Origin: an uncultured archaeon
Lineage (GTDB): Archaea; Iainarchaeota; Iainarchaeia; Iainarchaeales; 1-14-0-10-31-34
Assembly: GCA_964608675.1 (NCBI GenBank)
Contig: CAZSOZ010000005.1
Location: 1 to 64,000 of the forward strand
Direction: 5' to 3'
Length of the DNA stretch: 64,000 bases
Shown here in pieces: positions 55,474 through 64,000 of the stretch. Made by a program: the position numbers and the translations under genes. Under the pieces are notes generated by a model. The model did not search any database. It saw only the letters and a program-made list of their open reading frames with translations, and was not told where the DNA came from. Each line of letters begins with the position of its first letter. The first letter of the stretch is position 1.

Positions 55474-57864
55474 CTACCCAAAAGCGCTTAAATTACTTTG
55501 TTTTCCTCCGTGAATTAAATCCTGTTCTGTGTAACCTAATTCCTGCACTATTTTAATTACTGCAGGAATAACCTGATGAGAAATATAATACTCTGAATCA
55601 TAGTTTCCTTCTTCTATGAATTCTTCTAATTCTGCTTTATCTGAAATGCTTTTTCCTGTTTTTGTAATAACATAACCTATAATACTTCCTGTTCCCAGAA
55701 TTTTTCCTTTTTTTATTGCTTTTTTTGCTGCAGCAACATGCGGGCCTATTGAATCATATCCTGCAATAGGTTTTTTGATTTGACTGAAAATAATTAAATC
55801 TTCTTTTTTGGTTTTTCCTGTTTTGAGTTCTTCTATTACTTTTTTAATTTCTTTTACTGCTTTTTCTGGTTTTCCTTCTTTTAAAATTAATTCCAAAACC
55901 TTTTTTTGTGTTTTTTTTGCTATTCCGCTCCAGTCTCTTCTAACATATTCAAAGCCGACTATTTTTATTTTGTTTTCTTCGTCAATTAGCGCATACCTTT
56001 TTTTTGCTGCTTTAATTCCTTCTTTTTTTGTTACAAAAATTCCTCTTTTAAAAAATCCTTCTAATTCTAATTCCATTACTCCCGGCAGGCTTTCGTTTGT
56101 TTTTTTTACGAATTCAATTACTTCTTTTTTGTTTTTGTTTTCAGGAATTTTAATGAAAGCTGAATCAGTGTCTCCTCCTATTACTCTGAATCCTTTTTCT
56201 TCTGCTTTTTTTGCTATTTCTTTTACGTAATACCTGCTCCATGCAGTTACTGCTTTTGCTGATTCAAATGAATACCATCTGCTTCTTTCATATCCTAAAT
56301 AACCATAAAAACTGTTCAATAAAATTTTGAGTGCATGCTGTCTTGCATTTAATTGAATTTTTTTTGCTTGATTTTTTTCTTCTTTTAATTCTTTTTTTAA
56401 TTGAGTTCTTTTTTCAAGCAGTTCTTTTTGCACTAACGGAAGGAAGCCTTTTTTGTTTTCACAAAACCATGTTCCTTCAGGAGAAACATGTTTTCCGTTT
56501 TTACAGCATTTACAATTCAAGGTTTCAGGGGAAACATTGTGTGAAATCATTATGCTTGGATGCAGGCTTCTGAAATCCAAAACCGCAATATTTTCATGCA
56601 GTCCTGCAGTGGGTTCTCTTACAAACCCTCCTTTAAATGATTTCATCATTCTTTCTTTTACTTCTTCTTCTTTTGGTTTATTGGGAAACAAAATTCTTTC
56701 TTTGAAGCTTTTGTCCATTAAAAGTTTTTCAACCATGTCGCTGGCTGAACTCCGGTTTACTCTGAATAAAGTTTGTTTTGTTAGTTTTCCTAATTCAGTC
56801 ATTAAAGGCATGAAGTCTGTTGCCAGTTTGTAAGTGTAATAAGAATCCTCATAATTGTATTCAAGCAATTTTTCAAGGTTTTTTTCGTCTTTCCAGATTC
56901 TTGTTATTTCTTCTGCAATAATTTTTTCTTTTTGTATTCCATAAACCGAATTAACTACTGTTTCCAAGTCATATTTTATGGAATTAATTATTCCGAATCT
57001 TGAAAGCATGCTTACTAATCTGAATGCATCAAAATGCTGTATTCCTTTTATTTTTGTTGCGTTGTACATTCCTTTTCTTTGAATTAAAGGCTCGCTTTCG
57101 TCAATTCCTATATTGAATCTTGTTTTTAGTTTTCTTGCTCTTTCTTTTAAGTAAGGCAAATCAAAGGAGTCTCCGTTGTATGTAATAATTACATCTGTTT
57201 TCTTTTCTTTTATTTTTTCTTTTAGTTTTTCTATTATTTCTTTTTCGTTTTCCACCAGCAAAACATGGCTTCCTTTTTTTGTTGTAATAATTTGTGTTTT
57301 AATGGAATTTTTTTCAGAAAAAGTTATTGCACACATTAATATTTCGTTTTTTTTTGGGTCGCTGAATAATTCTTTTGAAGAATAAGTTTCCAAATCCAAA
57401 GCAAAAGAATTCAAGTCTGTTTTCATTTCAGTTTTTTTAACTGAAATCACTTGATTGTTTTTTGTTTCTATTTCTATTCCGTTTAACGGCTCTAATTGTT
57501 TGTCAATCAAATACCTTTGAGTAAAAATCAAGTCAAATTCTCTTTTTTCTTTTATTTCAGGTATTTCTTTTATTTTTTGTCTTGCAGTAACTAAATCTGC
57601 TGTTGAATTAAAGTACACTTTAATGTAATTTTTCCATTCTTTTGCTTTAACTGCTTTAACTGTTTTTCCGCTGTCTTTGAATTCTGTTTCCATTATTTTT
57701 TTTAATGCTTTTTCTTTGCTGTCTGTTTCAACAAAAAAGTAAGGCAGAAAATTTTTTTCTGTAAATATTTGTATTTTTTTTTCTGTTTTTACATACAGTT
57801 TTATAACTGTTTTTTCGTTTTCCTGAATGGAATCAATGTCTAAAAGTATTCCTTTGATTTTCAT
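55474..57864 (-). CDS. polB: family B DNA polymerase
   Basis: DLET, YNGDSFD, DFRSLHPSI, KILLNSFYGY, GDTDS, KKRY. Confidence 0.95.
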   Translation of the reverse strand: MKIKGILLDIDSIQENEKTVIKLYVKTEKKIQIFTEKNFLPYFFVETDSKEKALKKIMETEFKDSGKTVKAVKAKEWKNYIKVYFNSTADLVTARQKIKEIPEIKEKREFDLIFTQRYLIDKQLEPLNGIEIETKNNQVISVKKTEMKTDLNSFALDLETYSSKELFSDPKKNEILMCAITFSEKNSIKTQIITTKKGSHVLLVENEKEIIEKLKEKIKEKKTDVIITYNGDSFDLPYLKERARKLKTRFNIGIDESEPLIQRKGMYNATKIKGIQHFDAFRLVSMLSRFGIINSIKYDLETVVNSVYGIQKEKIIAEEITRIWKDEKNLEKLLEYNYEDSYYTYKLATDFMPLMTELGKLTKQTLFRVNRSSASDMVEKLLMDKSFKERILFPNKPKEEEVKERMMKSFKGGFVREPTAGLHENIAVLDFRSLHPSIMISHNVSPETLNCKCCKNGKHVSPEGTWFCENKKGFLPLVQKELLEKRTQLKKELKEEKNQAKKIQLNARQHALKILLNSFYGYLGYERSRWYSFESAKAVTAWSRYYVKEIAKKAEEKGFRVIGGDTDSAFIKIPENKNKKEVIEFVKKTNESLPGVMELELEGFFKRGIFVTKKEGIKAAKKRYALIDEENKIKIVGFEYVRRDWSGIAKKTQKKVLELILKEGKPEKAVKEIKKVIEELKTGKTKKEDLIIFSQIKKPIAGYDSIGPHVAAAKKAIKKGKILGTGSIIGYVITKTGKSISDKAELEEFIEEGNYDSEYYISHQVIPAVIKIVQELGYTEQDLIHGGKQSNLSAFG

Positions 57865-57928
57865 TTTGTCTCTTTATTAATCCAAAAAACAAAGTTTATT
57901 AAAACAGAAAAGCCTTATATTTAGCGTT

Positions 57929-58399
57929 ATGCCGCATAGAAGACCGTCTAAAGGCAAAAGTTCTACTTATTCGATTGAAGATCTTGTAAGAGACATTAAA
58001 GCATTAAACAGTTCTGTTCTTTTGTTGAGCCAGAAAATGAATTATCTTGTAAGAAACGAAAAAATTTTAGGCAGAAATTTTATTATTTTAAACAAAAAAT
58101 TAAAGGCTTTAGAGCAAAGAAAGCCTTCTTCTTCAGGAAGCAGTTCTGTACCTGAAGATTTGTCTGATGAATTAGCTGAACTCCAGGAAAAAACAAAACA
58201 AAATGAATTCATGCTCAATGAAGTTAAATCTGATTTAAGCAAATTTAATTCTGTTTATGCGAAAGCCGAAGAAGTAAAGGAATTAAAATATATAGTTGAA
58301 GCAATTAATCCTTTGGAGTTTGTGACTTTAGATCAAGTAAAAGATTTAATTAAAGAAAACCCCTCTGCAAAAACAAAAAAATCAAAAAAGAAAAAATAA
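57929..58399 (+). CDS. hypothetical coiled-coil protein
   Basis: Heptad-rich; ELKYIVEAINPLEFVT motif. Confidence 0.6.
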   Translation: MPHRRPSKGKSSTYSIEDLVRDIKALNSSVLLLSQKMNYLVRNEKILGRNFIILNKKLKALEQRKPSSSGSSSVPEDLSDELAELQEKTKQNEFMLNEVKSDLSKFNSVYAKAEEVKELKYIVEAINPLEFVTLDQVKDLIKENPSAKTKKSKKKK

Positions 58400-58408
58400 T
58401 GTTTTTTT

Positions 58409-59908
58409 TTATTTTTCTTCGCAGGAGCTTAAGCCCGGTCTTAATTTGATTCTGAACTGCTTGCTTTTTGCTACTTTTACTCCTACATCGTTTCTGTCAA
58501 TCAAAAATATTTCTGCTTCAGATATCTTCATTACTTCTTTTCTTAAATCTATAGGCCGGTCTGAACTTAAAGCAAAAGCAACCCCTGTTGCCTTGAGTTT
58601 GTCCAGCAATTCAATGATTTCTGTTGCAAGAATTGAGTTTTTTTTTGAGCCAATTATTTCTTTTATTTCAGGAAGAAGTACAGCTGAATTTATTCCTTCT
58701 TTATTTTTGCTGTATTCTAAAAGTATTCCTTTCAAAATATTGTGAATCAATAAAGTTGAAACTGTTTCATCTAATCCTTCCATGTGAATTATTCCTGCTC
58801 TGCCTATTGATTTCCCCCAGTTTTTTGAGATTTCTTTGATTTCATTTTTTCCTCCAAACAATCCCTTGTATTTGTTGTTAATTAAATTGAGTATTCTTAT
58901 TGTACGGTATTTGTTTGTTATTTTTGATTCATCTCTTAATTCGATTTTTTTTGCTGATGAAATTAATTCTTCCATTGACTGAGGTTTTTTGTCTTTTATT
59001 AATTTTGAAATCATTTGTTGTTCTTCTCCTTCTTTCATTCCAATTAATTCAAGGAGACCTTTTACTGTAATTAAATTCAAATCTATATGCAATTCATCTC
59101 TTGTAAAATGTTTTATTGGAAAACCTATTGGTTCAAAATCTACTTTGTAGTCTTTTAAAATTTTTTCTTCTGGATTAGGTTTATTTAAGCCTATAAAACT
59201 TTTATCCCAGTCAAATATTACTGCAGGAACGCTGTTCATTAATGCTCCTTCTGCTATCAGATGAATTACATGTTTTCTGTCTTTTGGAGTAGACCCAAAA
59301 ATTGTTGTTTTCATCATTAATTTTAATGGTTCGTTTATTATTGTCCCTGCTTTTGTTAATCCCATCATTACTGCACCTTTTCCGCTTTTTTGTGTAGGAA
59401 TTTCTGTTTTTTCTCTTCCGGGCATTTCTTCTGGAGCAAGCACAGGAACAATTATTGGATGAGAAAAAAACGAGCTTTTAATTCTTTCAGGAGCATCATT
59501 TAATTCTGTTAACTGCAAATCGTATGCTTTTGAAAAATCTTTCATCATTGAACTTGTTGTTTCAACTTTTTCCATTAATTGTTCTGCTTCATCACAGAAA
59601 GCATTTTCTTCATATTTAACATAACTTGGAGAAGAACTTACAAGCAAAAATTTTGTTGTTTCTTTTGGTTCATGTTTGAATAAAATTACTGCTTCTTTTG
59701 GAAGCGTTTCAATAAAATCTTCTGTGCTTCCTTCAGCAAAAAAAACTTTGAATATTTCTATTACTGCGCCTTGTATTTCTTCGTTTTCTTTTTCAAGAAC
59801 TATAACTAAAATTAATCCGTTTGGATTTGAATTCATTTCCACTTGGAATCCTTCAAGGTTTCCAGAAAAAATTTTTTCCCATGGCCCTTCTCTTATTCGG
59901 AAATCCAT
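58409..59908 (-). CDS. degenerate HerA/FtsK-like P-loop protein
   Basis: TTIFGSTPKDR (decayed Walker A), IAEG....VPAVIFD, F.IKLRP.LS. Confidence 0.55.
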   Translation of the reverse strand: MDFRIREGPWEKIFSGNLEGFQVEMNSNPNGLILVIVLEKENEEIQGAVIEIFKVFFAEGSTEDFIETLPKEAVILFKHEPKETTKFLLVSSSPSYVKYEENAFCDEAEQLMEKVETTSSMMKDFSKAYDLQLTELNDAPERIKSSFFSHPIIVPVLAPEEMPGREKTEIPTQKSGKGAVMMGLTKAGTIINEPLKLMMKTTIFGSTPKDRKHVIHLIAEGALMNSVPAVIFDWDKSFIGLNKPNPEEKILKDYKVDFEPIGFPIKHFTRDELHIDLNLITVKGLLELIGMKEGEEQQMISKLIKDKKPQSMEELISSAKKIELRDESKITNKYRTIRILNLINNKYKGLFGGKNEIKEISKNWGKSIGRAGIIHMEGLDETVSTLLIHNILKGILLEYSKNKEGINSAVLLPEIKEIIGSKKNSILATEIIELLDKLKATGVAFALSSDRPIDLRKEVMKISEAEIFLIDRNDVGVKVAKSKQFRIKLRPGLSSCEEK

Positions 59909-60010
59909 TTTTTAATCACTTTAAACTAAATTGTAAACTAATATAAATAAGTTCTTCATATTATAAATGGAGTATTGTTTTAAAATAAAAACTTTTTTCA
60001 GCAGGGATTT

Positions 60011-60601
60011 TTGATGGTTAACAAGGAAGTTGTAATTAAAACAATAAAGAAAATGCTTGATTCTGGTATTGAAGACAAAGTAATTCTTAATACTTTGTCT
60101 GATTTGGGTTTGTCTGAAGATGAATCAAGTGAACTTCTTGAAAAAGCAAAAGAGGAATCCTCTGAAACAAACGAAATTTCTGAAGATTCCGAAAAAACCG
60201 AAAATGAAACTGAAAATGAAACCGAAGAACAAGAAGAGCCTTCTGATATTGATTCAGGAAACGATTATGATATTGATTCTGTTATAAAAAATACTTCAAA
60301 TAAAATAAAAGAACAGTTAGCGGAAAAAGAATCTTCTGATTCTGTAAAAGAACAAGCCACTCATATGAAGCTTAACGAACATCAAGAAAAACTTGATGAA
60401 ATCCATAAAAAAGTTGATTCATTGCAGGGAAGCATTAATTCTGATGATTTAAATGAATTAAATAAAAAAGTTTCTTTGATTGAAAAAAGTGTTTCTGAAA
60501 TTAAATCTGATTTAAAGGATTCTAAAGCAAGAATTAATGCAATGCATGACATCATGAAAAAAATTCTTGAAACAAACAGAAAAATTTTAACTAAAAAATA
60601 A
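60011..60601 (+). CDS. acidic coiled-coil hypothetical protein
   Basis: Glu/Ser-rich linker, C-terminal coiled coil. Confidence 0.6.
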   Translation: MMVNKEVVIKTIKKMLDSGIEDKVILNTLSDLGLSEDESSELLEKAKEESSETNEISEDSEKTENETENETEEQEEPSDIDSGNDYDIDSVIKNTSNKIKEQLAEKESSDSVKEQATHMKLNEHQEKLDEIHKKVDSLQGSINSDDLNELNKKVSLIEKSVSEIKSDLKDSKARINAMHDIMKKILETNRKILTKK

Positions 60602-60602
60602 T

Positions 60603-60977
60603 TTATTTTCTGAAAATCCTGCTTAATCCCTTCCAAAAATTTTTTGCTGCCTGCCCCATGTTTTTCCAAAAATTTTTGTTTTTGTAAGTATAGTCTTCTG
60701 GTGCAAGAGCTTGTCCTGACTGCCTTCCTGTTTCTTTTACTATTTCAGTTAAATATTCTTTTGAAGGAGGTTTTGGTTGCGCTTCCTGCATTTTTGTTTC
60801 AATGTCTTTTGTTAATTCTTTTGCTCCTGCTTTTCCGATTTTGGCTGTTCCTTCAATCAATTTTGCAGTAATTGAAATCAATATTAAAACTCCTGTTATC
60901 CATGCAATTAAATGCGGTCCATTAAAATAAAACCAAAAAAACAGCAGAGTTAATAAAAGAATGTGAACTAATTTCAT
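60603..60977 (-). CDS. small membrane protein
   Basis: Two N-terminal TMs plus an amphipathic tail. Confidence 0.6.
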   Translation of the reverse strand: MKLVHILLLTLLFFWFYFNGPHLIAWITGVLILISITAKLIEGTAKIGKAGAKELTKDIETKMQEAQPKPPSKEYLTEIVKETGRQSGQALAPEDYTYKNKNFWKNMGQAAKNFWKGLSRIFRK

Positions 60978-60978
60978 T

Positions 60979-61284
60979 TTACATTCCTTCCATTAATCCT
61001 CCGAAGCCTCCTGGAGAAAACATTTCAGGTTGTTCTTCGTCTGCTTTTTTTCCCATAATTAAAGCAAGCAGAATTAATCCTATTATCACAAATAAAGCGT
61101 ATTCCTGCAAATTGTCTTTGATTAAATACATTGCTCCTGCTGCAACCAATAAAATTAAAGTTGATTTAATGTCTTTCATTGCAACTATGAGTATTGCCAG
61201 CATTAATACAATAAGCCATGTGTCCCCCCATTGGGTTGCCATCATCAAAAAAATTATTGCAAGAATTAAATTAAATAAATTCAT
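60979..61284 (-). CDS. small membrane protein
   Basis: ~4 hydrophobic segments. Confidence 0.6.
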   Translation of the reverse strand: MNLFNLILAIIFLMMATQWGDTWLIVLMLAILIVAMKDIKSTLILLVAAGAMYLIKDNLQEYALFVIIGLILLALIMGKKADEEQPEMFSPGGFGGLMEGM

Positions 61285-61536
61285 TTAAGGCGCCTCGTAA
61301 ACCAAAACTTTTTCAAGTAATTCTTTTCCGAATGTTGCAAGCAAAAACAATATTACTCCAAGCCAGATTAATTCTCTGTGCTGGCTTACTGTAAGGTAAA
61401 CTATTATTGCAGCAAAAATTATTGCAAGTTTAGGGCTTCCAAGGTTTCCTTTTGCCCATGAATAAACCCATACAAGAAAAAACAAGGAAATAGCTATTTC
61501 TAAATCCAATGCCAGAGAAAAAATCATTGCATTCAT
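61285..61536 (-). CDS. small membrane protein (true start ATG 61536)
   Basis: MNAMIFSLALD...KGNLGSPKLAII; the upstream extension overlaps the next gene. Confidence 0.6.
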   Translation of the reverse strand: MNAMIFSLALDLEIAISLFFLVWVYSWAKGNLGSPKLAIIFAAIIVYLTVSQHRELIWLGVILFLLATFGKELLEKVLVYEAP

Positions 61537-61547
61537 TTTTTTTTCAC

Positions 61548-61880
61548 TTAATGTTTTCTTCCAAATTTTGTCATAAAAAAACTTGTTCCCCAAATCAACA
61601 TTGAACTGACTCCAATTTGGACAACCAGTATGTAAACATATGCTGCAGATGAAACTGCAGGATACTTTATTACTAAAATATATATTAGCAGGCCTGTAAT
61701 TATTAATGTTAATGGCCCTGAACCAAGGTATCCTCTTACTGTAGTGTATAATGCAAACACTAAAATCAATTGAACTAATATTTTTGCTTGAGGAATAAAA
61801 GTCATTAAAACCCAGGGAAGCAATCCTACTAAAATAAATAAAGCAAAAATTAACAGAATTAATCCGCCTTTTTGGTTCAT
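61548..61880 (-). CDS. small membrane protein
   Basis: VRGYLGSGPLTLII motif, ~4 TMs. Confidence 0.62.
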   Translation of the reverse strand: MNQKGGLILLIFALFILVGLLPWVLMTFIPQAKILVQLILVFALYTTVRGYLGSGPLTLIITGLLIYILVIKYPAVSSAAYVYILVVQIGVSSMLIWGTSFFMTKFGRKH

Positions 61881-62227
61881 TAATGCATCCCTCTTTTAGG
61901 CACATTGTGGCTTGGAATATGGCTCATTTGCTGTTGCATTTGGCTTTCATCAGGAGCATGCTGTGCAACAAAAAAGAAGTCTACAAGCAAATGCCCTAAT
62001 CCAAAAAAGAACATTACATACAGAATGTAGATTCCTCCAAATAGTTTCCATTGATCAAATATTACAAAGTATGATGCTAAAGCCATTAAAATTACTGCAA
62101 AAGGCCCTGTGCCTAAATTGCCTTTAATGAATGAAACTATTGCCAGCAAAACAAAAATTTTTAAAGCTAAAGTCATGTCTGCAAAAAACTCGCTGATAAA
62201 AAAGAATGCAATTAAATTTAATTCCAT
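61880..62227 (-). CDS. small membrane protein
   Basis: IKGNLGTGPFAVI motif, 3 TMs. Confidence 0.62.
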   Translation of the reverse strand: MELNLIAFFFISEFFADMTLALKIFVLLAIVSFIKGNLGTGPFAVILMALASYFVIFDQWKLFGGIYILYVMFFFGLGHLLVDFFFVAQHAPDESQMQQQMSHIPSHNVPKRGMH

Positions 62228-62279
62228 AAACTAAATTAATGTTTTTTCTGCTTTAAAATCATTTTGTTTTTTTGGTTTT

Positions 62280-64000
62280 TCAGTTAATGCAGTTTTCTCC
62301 TGCTTCAAGAGTGTTTTCAAATTCATTTATGCTTTGATTTAATTCTCCTTGAGTTTGATATAAGTTTGCTTCATTCCAGTAAACATTCATTGAAACATCA
62401 TTCTGCATTATGCATGCTTTTCCGTTTTTAATTAATTCAAATACTGTTTGAATATTCCTTAAATAATCTGAAACAGCGTATTCATCTGCGTTATTGTACT
62501 GCATTCCGCTTATTCCATTCAGCCTTACGTTGGGTGAATTTTTTATGTCTGCGTTGCTTAAGCTTCCTTGTTCTTCTCTGAACATTTTTAATTCAATGTT
62601 TCTTTCAGTAGGAGTATAAAAAATTGTTTTAAAATAAGTGTTTCCTTCTTTCACTGCATTATTCCATGAAACTTTATATAAGTTTGGCATTTCTGTCTGG
62701 CCGGCTTTTTCGTCCCATTGCCTGTAATTTTGTACAAACCTTCCTTCAAAGTCCATGCATGCTCCTAATCCTTTCCAGTAAGCAAGTCTTTCTGTTCCTG
62801 CAGTTAAAGGCACTCCTTGTTCTGTCATTCCATAATAATATGAAAATCCTTCATTTGGGCTTTCTTTATGATACATGTTTAATACAACCGGAGTTGCTTT
62901 GTTTGAATAAAACTTTAAATTCATTTCATTTAAAGAAGAATCAAGGTAATTCATTCTGAGAATGCTTCCTCTGGTATCTGCATCTGAATTCATTTTCTGC
63001 AGTGAATCAATTTTTTCTATTTCTATTTCTTTTAATGGGCTGCTTCCTTCAAGTGTCGGCCCTAAAACTGTTTGGTTGTTTATTTTTATTTCTTCCAAAC
63101 CTAAATTTTGGTAGCCTGCTCCATATCCAATTCTTTGATAACCTAAATTTGTTTCTCCTATTTTTCCGTCAAACGGCAGATAATAAAAAATTGAATTTGG
63201 TTCAGGAGTATCTAATCTTGTGAATTCAATTCCTATTTCTGCGTTGGGTTTTCCGTCGACAGCAAACAAGCTCCATCTGTCATTTTTATAGTTTATAGTT
63301 AAATCAATTCTATACAGTCCTGGACCTGAAAGCTGTTTTTCATTTGAATGTTTTACTTTGAATTCCATTAAATCTTCTTTGTTATAATAAACTGACATTT
63401 CGTTTTCGGTTGTATTTGGATTATTGTCGGTAAACCATACAGGCGAATTCAAAAAAGTGTTTTCATAGTAGTCAGCGAAATCTGATTTAAAGTCTTGTGT
63501 AAAGCCGTCTTCAATTAAATAAGCATTAAAATGACTTAATTCTTTTATGTAATTCACTGCATTTTTTATTTCCTGGTCGTTGGTTAAAACTTCTCTTCCG
63601 TTAAATTTAATTTTTTCTTGAATAACATTTTGTCCTGTTTTTGGGTCAAGTTTGTTTAAATAATATTCTAGTGGAAAAATTCCTGCTGAATCAATTGTTG
63701 ATGTTCCAATCCAGCATTTGCTTTCATTTTGGTTTCTTAAATTCAAATTAAATGCATATGAATTATACAGCGGTTTCTGTATTGGGTTAATGCTGTCTGC
63801 TAAGTTATCAGACAAATGCCGTATTTCTGCTTTATAAACTTCTTTTGTTTCTGTTATTGAAAACTCGCATGAAAATTCTTTAGTGGAATTTCCTGAAACA
63901 CTGTCTGGTTTACTGCAGATTTCTTCTTCTAAATCTGAGTTTTCAGGAGGAATCAATTTTACTGTAAATGCAACAGGCAGAGACTGGCTTGTTTTGTTTT
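62280..64000 (-). CDS. C-terminal part of a large hypothetical (probably secreted/surface) protein
   Basis: Frame stays open to the window edge; Asn/Tyr-rich. Confidence 0.6.
   Translation of the reverse strand, partial: NKTSQSLPVAFTVKLIPPENSDLEEEICSKPDSVSGNSTKEFSCEFSITETKEVYKAEIRHLSDNLADSINPIQKPLYNSYAFNLNLRNQNESKCWIGTSTIDSAGIFPLEYYLNKLDPKTGQNVIQEKIKFNGREVLTNDQEIKNAVNYIKELSHFNAYLIEDGFTQDFKSDFADYYENTFLNSPVWFTDNNPNTTENEMSVYYNKEDLMEFKVKHSNEKQLSGPGLYRIDLTINYKNDRWSLFAVDGKPNAEIGIEFTRLDTPEPNSIFYYLPFDGKIGETNLGYQRIGYGAGYQNLGLEEIKINNQTVLGPTLEGSSPLKEIEIEKIDSLQKMNSDADTRGSILRMNYLDSSLNEMNLKFYSNKATPVVLNMYHKESPNEGFSYYYGMTEQGVPLTAGTERLAYWKGLGACMDFEGRFVQNYRQWDEKAGQTEMPNLYKVSWNNAVKEGNTYFKTIFYTPTERNIELKMFREEQGSLSNADIKNSPNVRLNGISGMQYNNADEYAVSDYLRNIQTVFELIKNGKACIMQNDVSMNVYWNEANLYQTQGELNQSINEFENTLEAGENCIN

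Noticed and set aside
61537-61905. N-terminal 123 aa of ORF 61285..61905
   Set aside because: Overlaps the better ORF 61548..61880 in another frame; the real start is likely 61536.
1732-63223. Numerous Phe/Ser/Leu-rich antisense ORFs in the track (e.g. 1902..2432, 22871..23365, 47552..48031, 55808..56230)
   Set aside because: Shadow frames of Lys/Glu-rich genes on the opposite strand.

Overview
AT-rich chromosomal window of an archaeon, inferred to be DPANN-type (archaeal PolB, type II Met aminopeptidase, BHB-type tRNA introns, TATA/BRE promoters, a box C/D guide RNA). It carries housekeeping genes (dcd, tdh/kbl, hisS, rpiA, map, polB), metal homeostasis genes (zupT, feoAB, znuABC/zur, VIT1), a stress operon (SOD, Hsp20, PfpI, ChaB), a split LigD repair locus ending in a DUF72/Fpg deletion scar, and a bacterial-type alanine racemase. 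There are eight tRNA genes, four with introns. Most notable structures: (1) two integrase-less tandem cassette arrays behind the 3' ends of tRNA-Tyr (four TA modules) and tRNA-Thr(UGU) (a helicase-nuclease/HNH cassette and membrane-protein cassettes), each junction marked by a copy of the tRNA 3' end; (2) a family of modular GC-rich hairpins with compensatory base changes inside tRNA introns, leaders and trailers; (3) a 1359-bp in-frame, circularly permuted domain cassette inserted into a PKD surface protein; (4) an unannotated C/D sRNA predicted to guide Cm34 of tRNA-Met; (5) a putative metal-regulated 7-aa micro-ORF. All calls were made by eye; no database searches were run.
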